From Burkholderiales bacterium (GTDB lineage Bacteria; Pseudomonadota; Gammaproteobacteria; Burkholderiales; Burkholderiaceae_C), in NCBI GenBank assembly GCA_016703325.1, contig JADJCH010000014.1:17931-81930 (forward strand): 64,000 nt of DNA, read 5' to 3'. Position 1 is the stretch's first letter. The number at the start of each line of letters is the position of its first letter. Of this stretch, positions 11,903-26,159 are shown piece by piece. The notes under the pieces are model-generated. The model was not told the origin of the DNA and ran no database searches. It saw nothing but the letters and a program-made list of their open reading frames with translations. A program made the translations under genes and the position numbers.

Positions 11903-12601
11903 TCAGCCCCGCAGGGCGGAACTGAACAGATGCCGCTCGCAGTCCGGATCGCCGCAGCGGGCGCACCAGTGGCGCCAACGGCGGCTGCCGGGGGCTGTGG
12001 GCGCGGCGCTGCTGCGTTCGTGCGCCGACCAGGCCGCCATGGCTGCCGCCAGGCGCTGCGGACCGTGGCCGGCCACTACTGAAAAGCCGATACCGGCCTG
12101 CACCAGCGCGCTGCGCAGCAGCGCATCCACGGGGGCGCGCACCTGCGGGCCGTCCCGCTGCAGACCGTCGGCCTGCCAGGGCAGGTCGAGCGCGGTCAGC
12201 AGGGTCAGGTCGACCTGGCGGGCGTGCACCTGCACCGCCTCGGAGTAGAGGCTTCGGTCGCCGAACACCGTTTCACTGTAGACGGCGGTCAGCAGCACCG
12301 TGGTGTCGGCCACCACCCAGTCCGGCGCGGGCGAATCGTCGGTGGGTGCGGCGGCGGCCTGGATGCGGCGGGACTGTTCGGCAGCGATCGCCGCTTGCTC
12401 CGACCGCAGCGGTGTGCGACCGGCGTGGTCACAGAACTCCCGCAGGTACTCTTTCACCTGGAGTACGCGCAGGCCGCGGTTCGACAGTGCCTCGGTCAGC
12501 TGGGCTGCGAGGGTGGACTTGCCGGTGCTTTCCGCCCCCAGCAGGGCCAGTACGCGGGCCGAACCCACAGGTCGCACGGAGGAGTCGCAGGAGAGGCTCA
12601 T
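11903..12601 (-). CDS. NadR-like ribosylnicotinamide kinase domain protein (AAA_28)
   Basis: [11 protein letters not shown]-loop, [24 protein letters not shown]; start overlaps the pnuC stop (ATGA). Confidence 0.8.
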   Translation of the reverse strand: MSLSCDSSVRPVGSARVLALLGAESTGKSTLAAQLTEALSNRGLRVLQVKEYLREFCDHAGRTPLRSEQAAIAAEQSRRIQAAAAPTDDSPAPDWVVADTTVLLTAVYSETVFGDRSLYSEAVQVHARQVDLTLLTALDLPWQADGLQRDGPQVRAPVDALLRSALVQAGIGFSVVAGHGPQRLAAAMAAWSAHERSSAAPTAPGSRRWRHWCARCGDPDCERHLFSSALRG

Positions 12602-13251
12602 GCAGCTCCGATCCGCGCGCGATCCAGTTGCCGCCAGGCCCGCCAGCCGGCCACGGACAGCAGGGCGAACAGGGCATAGAGCCCCACCGTCAGCCACAGT
12701 CCCTTGTAGGCGAACAGGGCGGTGGCCACCAGGTTGACCACCAGCCACACCGGCCAGTTCTCGACGTACTTGCGCCCCAGCAGCCACTGGCCGACCAGGC
12801 TGAAGGCGGTGGGGAAGGCGTCCCACCAGGGCACGTCGCTGTCGGTGAACTGCCAGAGAATGACGCCCACCAGCGGCCACAGCAGCAGCCCGCCGGCCAG
12901 CAGCAGCAGGCGCGAACGTGCACCCAACGAACGCACCATCAGCGGCGCACCGGACTCGCTGCGACCACGCCGCCACTGCCACCAGCCCCAGCCGGCCACC
13001 GCGATGAAGACCACCTGCAGCAGCGCGTCGCCATAGAGCCGGGCATCCCAGAACAACAGCAGGTACAGCGCCGATGCCGCCATGGCCAGCGGCCAGGCCA
13101 CCACCCACACCCGCAGGTTGGCCCACACCATCCCCAACGACAACAGGCAGGCCAGCAGTTCCAGCCAGGTGAAGGCACTGCCCCAGGCGGTGAACGCAGG
13201 GCTCAGGGCGGTGGCCAGACACTGGGCGGGGAGGGGGAAGGCGGCATCCAT
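12598..13251 (-). CDS. pnuC: Nicotinamide riboside transporter PnuC family
   Basis: [35 protein letters not shown]. Confidence 0.9.
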   Translation of the reverse strand: MDAAFPLPAQCLATALSPAFTAWGSAFTWLELLACLLSLGMVWANLRVWVVAWPLAMAASALYLLLFWDARLYGDALLQVVFIAVAGWGWWQWRRGRSESGAPLMVRSLGARSRLLLLAGGLLLWPLVGVILWQFTDSDVPWWDAFPTAFSLVGQWLLGRKYVENWPVWLVVNLVATALFAYKGLWLTVGLYALFALLSVAGWRAWRQLDRARIGAA

Positions 13252-13380
13252 GGGGTTGAACGGCGTCGGTGTGGCCTCGTAGGGACGGAAAAACCAGTGG
13301 GACGGGCGCGCAGTGTAGTCAGACCGGGGGCTTCTTCAGTTCCGGCGGAAACGGCCGATGTATCCCCTGCGTATGACCCG

Positions 13381-14952
13381 ATGGACCTCATGAAAAACAT
13401 CAAGCTCACCTACTTGCTCGTTGGCACCGTCCTGGCCTTCTGGGCTGCTTTCCTGATTCTTGCCGGCCTGGGCGCCTGGGGCCTGTCGCGGGGTGCGGCC
13501 GACCTGCGTGAGGTGCACGACGTGCGCATGCTGCGTTCCGAGCAACTGCACACCATGATCGAGAACGTGCAGGCCAACCGCACCGAGTTGCTGCTGATGT
13601 TCCAGCACGATCCCGGCGGCGCGCTGCATGGCCTGCATGACCATGGGCTGGAATTGCACCTGAAGCGCTACACCCAGCGGCGTGAGGCCACCCACCAGGC
13701 CTGGCAGCGCCTGCAGGCAGCGGACCTGGACGCGCAGGAGCGCAGTCTGATCGATGCGGTGAGCGCCGCCCGCAAGGCCTGGGTTGCCAAGGCCGATGCC
13801 GCGCTGGAAGGCGTGGGTCGCGAGGAATTCACGCCGGCGGTGATGCAGACCTACCTGGTGGCCGGCCGCACGGAAGGCGAGGCGCTGATGAAGGCCCTGC
13901 GGGCGGCCATCGAGCACCAGGACCAGGCCGCCGATGCCGCAGCCTCGGCCGCCCTGGCGCTGAGCAACCAGCTGCTGTGGGCCTATGCCGGGCTGGCGCT
14001 GCTGATGGGCTTGCCGGGCTCCTGGATCACCGTGGCCATGATGCGCCGCTTGCGCGCTGGGCTGGAGCAGGCGGGTCAGGCGGCCCAGGCGATTGCACAG
14101 GGTGACCTGTCGCATGCCGTGCCGGTCGATGGTCGCGATGAGATCGGCGTGGTGCTGGCGCAGATGCAGGCCATGCAGCTCAGCCTGTCGGCCGTGATCG
14201 GCCAGGTGCGCGAGGCGGCGCAGACCATCGACACGGCGGCCTCCGAAGTGGCTGCCGGCAGCACCGACCTGAGCCACCGCACCGAGCAGACGGCCGCCAG
14301 CCTGCAGCAGACCGCCAGCAGCGCCGAGGAACTGGGCGCCACCGTGGCTCAGACCGCGCAGCACGCCGAGCGGGCCAGCCAGGAGGCCACCCAGGCTGCC
14401 GAGGTGGCGCGCCGCAGCGGCGAGGTGGTGCAACAGGTGGTGGGGACGATGCGCGAGATCGACGGCAGCTCCAAGAAGATCGCCGACATCATCGGCGTGA
14501 TCGACGGCATTGCCTTCCAGACCAACATCCTGGCGCTCAACGCCGCGGTGGAAGCCGCCCGCGCCGGCGAGAGCGGCCGCGGATTTGCGGTGGTGGCCGG
14601 CGAGGTGCGCTCGCTGGCGCAGCGCAGCGCCGATGCGGCCCGCGAGATCAAGTCACTCATCCAGGCCAGCGTCGAGCGGGTGGATGCCGGTGCCCGCCTG
14701 GTGGACGAGGCGGGGCGCAGCATGGGCGACGTGGTCGGTTCCATCCAGCATGTGGCCAACCTGGTGGGCGAGATCCGCCTGGCCAGCCGCGAGCAGAGCG
14801 AAGGGGTGAACCAGGTCAGCCAGGCGGTCGGCCAGATGGACCAGGCCACCCAGCAGAACGCCGCCATGGTGGAGCAGAGCGCCGCCGCGGCCGGCAGCCT
14901 GCGCCAGCAGGCGCAGCAACTGGTGCAGGTGGTCGGCGCCTTCAGGGTCTGA
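13381..14952 (+). CDS. Methyl-accepting chemotaxis protein (periplasmic four-helix sensor, HAMP, MA domain)
   Basis: Two TM segments, HAMP (GDLS...DEIG), signalling hairpin [34 protein letters not shown]. Confidence 0.95.
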   Translation: MDLMKNIKLTYLLVGTVLAFWAAFLILAGLGAWGLSRGAADLREVHDVRMLRSEQLHTMIENVQANRTELLLMFQHDPGGALHGLHDHGLELHLKRYTQRREATHQAWQRLQAADLDAQERSLIDAVSAARKAWVAKADAALEGVGREEFTPAVMQTYLVAGRTEGEALMKALRAAIEHQDQAADAAASAALALSNQLLWAYAGLALLMGLPGSWITVAMMRRLRAGLEQAGQAAQAIAQGDLSHAVPVDGRDEIGVVLAQMQAMQLSLSAVIGQVREAAQTIDTAASEVAAGSTDLSHRTEQTAASLQQTASSAEELGATVAQTAQHAERASQEATQAAEVARRSGEVVQQVVGTMREIDGSSKKIADIIGVIDGIAFQTNILALNAAVEAARAGESGRGFAVVAGEVRSLAQRSADAAREIKSLIQASVERVDAGARLVDEAGRSMGDVVGSIQHVANLVGEIRLASREQSEGVNQVSQAVGQMDQATQQNAAMVEQSAAAAGSLRQQAQQLVQVVGAFRV

Positions 14953-14997
14953 TCGCGGCTGGCCGCCGCTGCAGCAACAGCAAGGTCCGGCTGAGGT

Positions 14998-15756
<759 letters not shown>

Positions 15757-15769
15757 GGCCGGCGCACCC

Positions 15770-17017
<1,248 letters not shown>

Positions 17018-17041
17018 CGTGGCGGCCCGTGCGGTGGCGGC

Positions 17042-18340
17042 TCAGCGGCCCATGGCGTTGGTCAGGGCGCTGCCGGCATCTCCCGCGCTGCCTGGCTTGC
17101 GGGGCTGCGACAGGGCCTCGACCGTGCGGATCACCGCACGTACCCGGCTGCCCGGGGGAGGTGAAGCGCCGACCAGGACGACGTCGCCCGTGGCGAGGCC
17201 CTCGGTCACCTCCACGGCGGCCAGCGTGCGCAGGCCGACGCGGATCTCGCGCGCTTCCACCCGGCCTTCGGTCAGGCGCCAGACGGTGGCGCGTTCGGTT
17301 CCAGCTCCAGCTCCGGCGGCGCTGCGCAGCGCTTCGGCCGGCAGGGCCAGCACCCGCTCGCGGCGGGCGGTTTCGACTTCCACCGACAGCGTCATGTCCT
17401 CGCGCAGGAAGTCCGGCAGCGGCAGCTCTGGCCGCAGACGCACCTCCACCGCACCGCGCTGCGCGTCCACCAGCGGGGCAATGCGCTGCAACCGGGCCGC
17501 AAAGCGGCGGTCCGGGTAGGCATCGGCCAGTACGGCGGCAGGCTGCCCGGGTGCGAGCTGCTCCAGGTAACGCTCGTCCACCTGGGCCACCAGTTCCAGC
17601 GGGCCCTGCAGCGCCAGCGCCAGCAGCGCCTTGCCGGGCTGCACGATCTGCCCGGGTTCGGCCAGGCGGTCGAGCACCCGGGCGTCGGCGGGGGCGCGCA
17701 GCTGGGTCTGCGCCAGTCTGGCCTGGGCAGTGAGCACCGCGGCGCGGGCCTGAACCTGCGCCGCCTGGGCCTGGGCGACGTCGCTGCCTTCGTCGGCCAG
17801 GGCGCCGGCCTGGGCCCGTGCCGCATCGAGCTGGGCGCGGGCCACTGCCTCGGCACGCCGGGCTTCGTCCAGCCGGCTGGGGCTGAGAAAACCCTGTGCG
17901 ATCAGCTCGCGGCTGCGCTGCAGCTCGGCCTGGGCTGCAAGCAGCACCGATTCAGCCTGCGCCACGCTGGCTTGCGCCGCGCTGCGGCCGCTGCCGCGCA
18001 GGCCCGCCAGACGGGCCTGCGCCTGCCTCTCGGCGGCCTGGGCCTGGGCCAGCGTGGCCTGCAGCTCGTCGGTTTCCAGGCTCAGCAGCAGTTCACCGCG
18101 GCGCACCGCCTGGCCTTCCTGCACCTGCACCTCCACCACCCGGCCGGTGAGGGTGCTGCCCAGCTCCACCCGCGCCGCGGTGGCCACCCGGGCAGAGAAC
18201 TGCAGGCTGCGCAGCAGCGGGGCGGGCGCGACCTGCACGGCCGAAACCTCCGGTGTGCGCTGTCGCCAGGCCCAGGTGCCTGCAGCCAGGACCAGGGCCA
18301 GGACGGGCAGGGCGAGCAGGAGCGGGCGGCGTGACTTCAC
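17042..18340 (-). CDS. Efflux periplasmic adaptor subunit (MacA/HlyD-like)
   Basis: N-terminal TM, VQEGQAVRRGELL lipoyl-like motif, coiled coil, LRAPADARV...PGQIVQPG. Confidence 0.88.
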   Translation of the reverse strand: MKSRRPLLLALPVLALVLAAGTWAWRQRTPEVSAVQVAPAPLLRSLQFSARVATAARVELGSTLTGRVVEVQVQEGQAVRRGELLLSLETDELQATLAQAQAAERQAQARLAGLRGSGRSAAQASVAQAESVLLAAQAELQRSRELIAQGFLSPSRLDEARRAEAVARAQLDAARAQAGALADEGSDVAQAQAAQVQARAAVLTAQARLAQTQLRAPADARVLDRLAEPGQIVQPGKALLALALQGPLELVAQVDERYLEQLAPGQPAAVLADAYPDRRFAARLQRIAPLVDAQRGAVEVRLRPELPLPDFLREDMTLSVEVETARRERVLALPAEALRSAAGAGAGTERATVWRLTEGRVEAREIRVGLRTLAAVEVTEGLATGDVVLVGASPPPGSRVRAVIRTVEALSQPRKPGSAGDAGSALTNAMGR

Positions 18341-18398
18341 CAGCGCATTCTGACAGCCGGGTCACTGAGCCCGCGTGACCGGGATCAGCCGCGCAATG

Positions 18399-19859
<1,461 letters not shown>

Positions 19860-20045
19860 GTGGGGTCGGACTGAGGTGGAAGAGGAAGGCGGAAAACGCT
19901 GCCTGCCCGGGTGCGGACAGGCACGGCATCGGCCATGCGTTCGCCGGGTGTCACAGGGGCCGTGGTTTTGCAACCTCAGGCAACACCGCCACAGCGGGGC
20001 CGTGGCGATGGCAGACAATGGGCCGGATTGTAGAGATCCGTCCCG

Positions 20046-21338
20046 ATGTCCGACGTTCCGGTCCCGCCGCCTCCTGCCGCGTCCGCCACGCCAGCCGCTC
20101 CGGGTCGTACCCCTGAGGTGCGGCCATCCGCGCCGCTGCCGTTGGAGGATGCCGGCCCCTCCTCCTGGCTGGACAGCCTGCTGGCCGATCCGCCGCAGCC
20201 CGCTGCATCGTCCGAAGGTGCAGGCCTGCGTTGGCCTGCCTGGCGTGCACGTGCCGACGAGGCCACCGATTCCCGCCACCTCACGCCCTCCGGGCTGGAG
20301 CGACCGCGCCTGCAGGCCCGGGTCCGCTCGGATTGGCTGGAGGTGTGCCAGGGCGGCCTGCTGCTGCGCACCGTGCTGCTGGTGCACGGGGTCTTCGGCC
20401 TCGGCATGGCGCTGGGCTCGCCCGGCCTGGCGGACTGGCTGTTCAACCTTTCCTTCGCCACGCTGGGCTTGTTGCCGGCCACCCTGGCCTGGCTGGCCGG
20501 ATTGTGCGCGGCCCGGCAGATCTGGGGCCTGTGGCCGGCCTGGGCGCAATGGGGGGGTGTGGGGGCCTGGGGCGCCGCCTGCGCGTTGGCAGGGCAGGGG
20601 CTTTTGATGCTGTTCAGCCGCCGGCTGGGTGACGATGCGGGCGCGGCCCTGCCCACCTTGGCCTGGCTGGCGGTGGGTCTGATCGGCACGCTGCTGGCCA
20701 CGGTGGTGCTGTACTGGCTGCACCTGCGCCAGCGCCTGCGGTTGCCGGCAGCCACCCAGGCCCGGCTGGCAGAGTTGCAGTCGCGCATCCGGCCGCACTT
20801 CCTCTTCAACGCCCTCAACAGCGCGATTGCGCTGGTGCGGGTGGATCCGCATCGGGCCGAAGAGGTGCTGGAGGACCTGTCTGAGCTCTTCCGGGCCGCA
20901 CTGGCCGATGCGGGTGAGCAGGTGTCGCTGGGCGAGGAGATCGAACTCGCGCGGCGCTACCTGGCCATCGAGCAGGTGCGCTTCGGTCGGCGCATGCGGG
21001 TGCATTGGGCCCTGGACGGAGCGGCCGCACCGGCACGGGTGCCATCCCTGCTGTTGCAGCCGCTGGTGGAGAACGCGGTGCGCCACGGCGTTGAACCTGC
21101 CGATCGAGGCGGGGACCTGCACATCCGGACCCAGGTGCACCGGGGTCAGGTGCTGATCTCGATCACCAACACCCTGCCGCAGGGGCCGACCCGCCGGGGG
21201 CAGGGCATGGCGCTGCACAACGTGCGCGAACGCCTGTTCCTGCTGCACGATGTGACGATGCGCTTCGAGGCCGGCGAGATCGAAGGCGGCCGGTACCGGG
21301 TGCGCATCGCCGTGCCGCTGCAGTCCGCGCAGGCCTGA
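20046..21338 (+). CDS. LytS/YehU-type sensor histidine kinase, AlgZ/FimS-like
   Basis: [47 protein letters not shown]; adjacent to argH and a LytTR regulator. Confidence 0.9.
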   Translation: MSDVPVPPPPAASATPAAPGRTPEVRPSAPLPLEDAGPSSWLDSLLADPPQPAASSEGAGLRWPAWRARADEATDSRHLTPSGLERPRLQARVRSDWLEVCQGGLLLRTVLLVHGVFGLGMALGSPGLADWLFNLSFATLGLLPATLAWLAGLCAARQIWGLWPAWAQWGGVGAWGAACALAGQGLLMLFSRRLGDDAGAALPTLAWLAVGLIGTLLATVVLYWLHLRQRLRLPAATQARLAELQSRIRPHFLFNALNSAIALVRVDPHRAEEVLEDLSELFRAALADAGEQVSLGEEIELARRYLAIEQVRFGRRMRVHWALDGAAAPARVPSLLLQPLVENAVRHGVEPADRGGDLHIRTQVHRGQVLISITNTLPQGPTRRGQGMALHNVRERLFLLHDVTMRFEAGEIEGGRYRVRIAVPLQSAQA

Positions 21339-21350
21339 GAAGGAGGGCTT

Positions 21351-22247
21351 GTGGAGCCACTGCGGGTGTTGATCGTCGACGACGAGGAACTGGCCCGGCT
21401 GCGCCTGCGCAGCCTGCTGGCCGACTGCATCAGCCCGCCCGGTCGCTTGGTGGGCGAGGCGGCCCATGCGGCCCAGGCGCTGCAGTGGCTGTCCCAGCAG
21501 CGCGCCGACCTGCTGCTGCTGGACATCCACATGCCGGGTCTGGACGGCATGCAGCTGGCCCGCCGCCTGCAGCAGACCTCACCCCGGCCGGCGGTGGTCT
21601 TTGTCACCGCTCATGCGGAACATGCGCTGCAGGCCTTTGAGGTTCAGGCCATCGACTACCTCACCAAGCCGGTGCGCCGCGCCCGCCTGCAGGAGGCGTT
21701 GGCCCGGGCGGCCGCCTGGCTCGAGCGTGACCGGGGAAGCGTGCAGCCTGCTGCTGCCCCATGGGCTGCGTCGGCCGGGGCGACGGTCGCAGGGCCGGTG
21801 GCTTCCCGGTCGGCGATGGAACCGGTGGAATCCGCGGGGGCACCGGTGCTGGTCGTCACCGATCGCGGCGAACGCGTGCGCGTCCCGTTGTCCGAGGTGC
21901 TCTACCTCAAGGCGGAGCAGAAGTACGTCACCCTGCGCACCGCCCGGCGCAGCTGGTTGCTGGACGACTCGCTGGCCGAGCTGGAAGCCCGCCTGGAAGG
22001 CCAGCCCTTCGTGCGCATCCATCGCAACGCCCTGGTGGCGCTGCATGCGGTGCAGTCCCTGGAGCGCCACCGCGGGGCGGAGCCGGCGCCTACGGGGTTC
22101 GACGCCGATGCCCCGGCCACCGATTTCGGCGCCGAGGGCCCGTCAGAGGCTGGTGGCTGGGCGGTGCACATCGCCGCGACCGGCGAGTGGCTGGCCGTGT
22201 CGCGGCGCCAGCTGGCGCAGGTGCGCAGCGCGCTGGATCGGCTCTGA
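21351..22247 (+). CDS. LytTR response regulator, AlgR-like
   Basis: [30 protein letters not shown] receiver domain; YLKAEQKYV and [10 protein letters not shown] LytTR motifs. Confidence 0.92.
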   Translation: MEPLRVLIVDDEELARLRLRSLLADCISPPGRLVGEAAHAAQALQWLSQQRADLLLLDIHMPGLDGMQLARRLQQTSPRPAVVFVTAHAEHALQAFEVQAIDYLTKPVRRARLQEALARAAAWLERDRGSVQPAAAPWAASAGATVAGPVASRSAMEPVESAGAPVLVVTDRGERVRVPLSEVLYLKAEQKYVTLRTARRSWLLDDSLAELEARLEGQPFVRIHRNALVALHAVQSLERHRGAEPAPTGFDADAPATDFGAEGPSEAGGWAVHIAATGEWLAVSRRQLAQVRSALDRL

Positions 22248-22682
22248 GCTGCTGCGTCGCCGGCGCAGGTGGCCGCCGGGTTTGAAGAATCCAGGTGTGA
22301 CCAGACGAATGAGATTGCAGCCTGGTCGGCGCATCTTGTAAGCAATTCAGTCGCGGTCGACCGGATCCCGGCTTCGCAATACTTCACGAATGGCGGGTCT
22401 CGGAGGGTGCGCCTCTCTGGGAAAACCGCCCATTCCCGACCGACCCGGGCCGGCAGTGAAAAAGTACAACCTGACACGGCAGGGCTGCCGGGTGCAGGCA
22501 TCCTTCATCCATCGAATCCATCGATCTGCATGCAACAGGCCGGAAGCTTGATTTCTCCGGCCCTGGGGAAGCCTTTTCGCCGATTTCCACCAGAAGTTTC
22601 GATGAGGATTTTCGGGTTTCTCTGAAAGTACTGATTCGATGTCTTTTTTTCGGTTTTTTTGGGTATCACAAAGGGGAATTCC

Positions 22683-24389
22683 ATGACGGACATGAAATTG
22701 CGCTGGTTTGCGTTGTCACTGATGACGCTGGCGATCACGGGCTGCGGGGGTGGTTCGGGAACCGCCGACGAAGCCGAACTGGACATGACCGACGAAGAGA
22801 TCGCCGCGGCCGTGGCGGACGGGACGATGACCGCTGCTGCCGCCGCGCGTTATGCCCGCACCTTGAACGTGGTGGTGAGTGGCAATGGCCAGGTCAGCAG
22901 CAGCCCGGCCGGCATCCAGTGCGGAGCCGGGGCGTCGGACTGCAGCGAAACCTACCGTCGGCGCAGCAAGGTGGCCCTCACCGCGAAGGCCACTGCAGGC
23001 GCAGCGTTCACCGGATGGTCGGGCGCCTGCAGCGGCAGCGCTCCCACCTGCACCGTCGATGTCAGGGGCAGCCGGACCGTGTCCGCCAACTTCTCCGGGG
23101 ATCCCGCGCCCAGCCCCACGCCTGCTCCGACGCCGAGCCCATCTCCCTCTCCCAGCCCGACGCCTGCGCCGACCCCGGCGCCGACGCCTGCCCCAACCCC
23201 CGCACCCACGCCGGCGCCCACACCGGCACCTACACCCGCTCCCACCCCTGCACCGACCCCAGCCCCCGCCCCGGCGACCGCCAACCTGTGCGACGGCCTG
23301 GTCACCGACAAGGTGGCCCATCCGATGGGAACGGTGACCAAGCCGGCACTGCTGGGCAGCTACACCGACCCGCAGTTCAAGACCACCATCCGTCGCGTCA
23401 CCGACGCGAAGGCTCAGTTCGGCGCCAGTTATGCCAAGCCGGTGTATTCGACGATGCCGGCCTGGAACGTCGATGAAACCTATCTGATCCTGTATGTTCC
23501 CGGCAGCGGCCATAAACTGTTCAACGGCAAGACTTATGCCTTCATCCGCAACCTGAGCATCAGCCCGGCGGATATTGAACATGTGTACTGGTCTGGTACC
23601 GATCCGGATGCGCTGTATTTCCCCAGCGGTTCAACCCTGAAGTTGTATCGGCCCAGCAGCAATACCACCGAGACGGTGAAAACGTTCACATCCTCGGTGA
23701 GTTTTGGCGGGGACCCGATTTATGGGGATTGGGCGTCCAAGGTGTACGGTTTCCAGGGCGGCAGCAGCGGCATTCTGTACAACGTGGACAGCGGGGTGCA
23801 GACCAACGGTGCGGGCAGCGGCACGCCGCGGGTGTCGGCATCGGGCCAGTTGTATGTGCAGGGCAAGAACGTCTACAGCGTGGCGGGCAACACCCTGCAG
23901 CGCACGATGACGCTCGACACCGGCGAGCACGGGGCCATCGGCAAGCTGGCCAACGGGCAGGACTTCTGGGCGGCAACGCAGTTCGACCTGTCGGGCAGCC
24001 GCAACGGCAACCTGATCGTCTACAACCTCACCACCGGTGTGGAGACGGCGGTGATCGGCCAGTCCAACGGCTGGGGATATCCGCGCACGGGCACCCACGT
24101 GTCGGCCCACGCGATCAAGAACCCGGGCTGGGTGGCGGTGTCCATGACGGGCAACCCCTCCGGGCAGGGCTACCTGGACCAGGAGATCGCCCTGGCCAAC
24201 GTCAACACCGGTGTGGTCTGCCGGGTGGCGCACCACCGCTCCTACGGGCAGGAAGGGACCATCGGCTACTGGGCCGAACCTCACGTCAACATCAGCCCCA
24301 GTGGCACGCGGATGATCTACGCCTCCGACTGGAACAACGGTTCGACGGTGGACACCTACGTGGTCGAGCTGCCCAGCTACAAGCCTTGA
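22683..24389 (+). CDS. Uncharacterised lipoprotein: InlB-B/bacterial-repeat-like domain, Pro-Thr/Ala linker, about 365-aa putative beta-propeller
   Basis: Lipobox ITG-C; [14 protein letters not shown]...FTGWSGAC...C...TVSANF repeat domain; PTPA x9; C-terminus [22 protein letters not shown] resembles a TolB/WD40-like blade. Confidence 0.8.
   Translation: MTDMKLRWFALSLMTLAITGCGGGSGTADEAELDMTDEEIAAAVADGTMTAAAAARYARTLNVVVSGNGQVSSSPAGIQCGAGASDCSETYRRRSKVALTAKATAGAAFTGWSGACSGSAPTCTVDVRGSRTVSANFSGDPAPSPTPAPTPSPSPSPSPTPAPTPAPTPAPTPAPTPAPTPAPTPAPTPAPTPAPAPATANLCDGLVTDKVAHPMGTVTKPALLGSYTDPQFKTTIRRVTDAKAQFGASYAKPVYSTMPAWNVDETYLILYVPGSGHKLFNGKTYAFIRNLSISPADIEHVYWSGTDPDALYFPSGSTLKLYRPSSNTTETVKTFTSSVSFGGDPIYGDWASKVYGFQGGSSGILYNVDSGVQTNGAGSGTPRVSASGQLYVQGKNVYSVAGNTLQRTMTLDTGEHGAIGKLANGQDFWAATQFDLSGSRNGNLIVYNLTTGVETAVIGQSNGWGYPRTGTHVSAHAIKNPGWVAVSMTGNPSGQGYLDQEIALANVNTGVVCRVAHHRSYGQEGTIGYWAEPHVNISPSGTRMIYASDWNNGSTVDTYVVELPSYKP
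23157..23264 (+). repeat. Nine PTPA-coding 12-bp units, synonymously diversified
   Basis: Hand reading: all nine 12-mers differ at wobble positions. Confidence 0.85.
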
Positions 24390-24467
24390 ACGCAAACCTG
24401 CAGCATCGGTGCATTTCGTGCGACTTTGGACCGGGATGCACCGTTGCTGTCTGGATCGTCATCTTCG

Positions 24468-24512
24468 GGCCGGCCGGAGCGAGGCACAGTTCTCGCTGGC
24501 CGGCCGATTTTT
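24468..24512 (+). terminator. Candidate intrinsic terminator between the two lipoprotein genes
   Basis: GGCCGGCC..AGCGAG-loop-CTCGCT-GGCCGGCC followed by GATTTTT. Confidence 0.45.
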
Positions 24513-24551
24513 GAGTGGGGCCAGGCCACTGTCACGCATGGGAGTCTCTCG

Positions 24552-25838
24552 ATGAAGCTTGGAAACGGTTGCACGACACGCATGCGCCTGCGCCGCCTGT
24601 CACTGCTGATGGCTGCTGTGATGGCGGTCAGCGCCTGCGGCGGTGGGGGTGGATCTTCAGCAGAAGCGCCGGCTCCCGGGCCGTCGCCGGCGCCTGCGCC
24701 CTTCCCGACGGTGGATCCGAGCAACCTGTGCGAGAACCTGGTGCAGGATCAGGCGGCGCATCCGATGACGGCGGTGACCAAGCCGACTCTGCTGGGCAGC
24801 TACACCGACCCGAACTTCCTGACCACCGTTCGCCGCATCACCGATGCGAAGGCGCAGTTCAATGCCGACTACGCGAAGCCGGTGTACTCGACGATGCCTG
24901 CCTGGAATGCGGATGAAACCTACCTGATCCTGTATGTGCCGGGGCAAGGCCACAAGCTGTTCAACGGCAAGACCTACGCCTTCATCCGCAACCTGGAGAT
25001 CGACACCGCGGACATCGAGCATGTCTACTGGTCGTCCACCGACCCGGACCTGCTGTACTACCCCAACGGCCGTGCACTGATGGTGTACCACCCGAGCACC
25101 GACCAGTCCGAGACGCTGAAGACCTTCTCCGCCACGGACGTCAGCTTCGGTGGTGACCCGATCTATGGCGACTGGTCGTCCAACCTGTTCGGGTTCCAGT
25201 CCAACTCCGGACCCTTGCTGTGGTGGCGTACGTCGGGCGCGTTGGTCAACGGCCCGACCGGCACTGGCGCGCCGCAGATTTCGTCGTCCGGCGCCTACTA
25301 CGTGTTCGGCCAGAACCTCTATGACACATCGACCAACGCGCTGGTTCGGGCGATGACGATCAACGCCACCGAACACGGCGCCACCGGTCGGCTGGCCAAT
25401 GGCGACGACATCTGGGTGTCCACGCAGTTTGACCTGCCCGACGGCAGCAACGGCAACCTGATCGTCGAAAACCTGCGCACCGGCGCGGTCACGACGGTGA
25501 TCGGTGAAGCCAACGGCTGGGACTACCCGCGGGTGGGCACCCATGTGTCGGCCCATGCGGTCAAGAACCCGGGTTGGGTGGCGGTGTCGATGACGGGCAA
25601 CACCGAAGGGACCGACTACCTGGACCGTGAGATCGCCCTGGCCAACGTCAACACCGGAGTGGTCTGCCGGGTGGCGCACCACCGCTCCTATGGACAGGAA
25701 GGGAACATCGTCTACTGGGCCGAGCCGCATGTGAACATCAGCCCCAGCGGCACGCGCATGATCTTCGCCTCCGACTGGAACAACGGCTCCACCGTGGACA
25801 CCTACGTGGTCGAACTGCCCAGCTACCAGCAACCCTGA
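24552..25838 (+). CDS. Uncharacterised lipoprotein, paralog of the C-terminal domain of 22683-24389
   Basis: Lipobox VSA-C, short PAP linker, then a collinear match (NLC...HPM...TDP...[10 protein letters not shown]...[10 protein letters not shown]...[20 protein letters not shown]). An alternative start lies about 30 nt downstream. Confidence 0.82.
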   Translation: MKLGNGCTTRMRLRRLSLLMAAVMAVSACGGGGGSSAEAPAPGPSPAPAPFPTVDPSNLCENLVQDQAAHPMTAVTKPTLLGSYTDPNFLTTVRRITDAKAQFNADYAKPVYSTMPAWNADETYLILYVPGQGHKLFNGKTYAFIRNLEIDTADIEHVYWSSTDPDLLYYPNGRALMVYHPSTDQSETLKTFSATDVSFGGDPIYGDWSSNLFGFQSNSGPLLWWRTSGALVNGPTGTGAPQISSSGAYYVFGQNLYDTSTNALVRAMTINATEHGATGRLANGDDIWVSTQFDLPDGSNGNLIVENLRTGAVTTVIGEANGWDYPRVGTHVSAHAVKNPGWVAVSMTGNTEGTDYLDREIALANVNTGVVCRVAHHRSYGQEGNIVYWAEPHVNISPSGTRMIFASDWNNGSTVDTYVVELPSYQQP

Positions 25839-25960
25839 CAGGTTGTCCCCTGAATGTTCGTGTTGGCGTCCACTCGTCAGGTTGGACCTGAAGCCGCTCG
25901 CGTGCCACCACCTCGAACGACACCCCGGGTTCAAGCGGACCTCAGCGGAACTACACGGGC

Positions 25961-25997
25961 AAAAAAAAGCCCCAGAGCATTGATTCTCTAGGGCTTT
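25961..25997 (-). terminator. Intrinsic terminator downstream of tRNA-Ala
   Basis: Minus strand AAAGCCCTAGAG-8 nt-CTCTGGGGCTTTTTTTT. Confidence 0.75.
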
Positions 25998-26029
25998 CGG
26001 TGCCAAGCGGCGCTTGGCGGTGTCTCTTG

Positions 26030-26105
<76 letters not shown>

Positions 26106-26159
26106 ACGCGAGGGTCGCAATGATAGCAGAGAAAATCCGGGCGGATCGATCTTGTGGGT

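Noticed and set aside
22683-25838. CRISPR array or DGR/variable-cassette system in the repeated region
   Set aside because: The repeats are protein-coding paralogy; no repeat-spacer periodicity, reverse transcriptase or adenine-specific variation.
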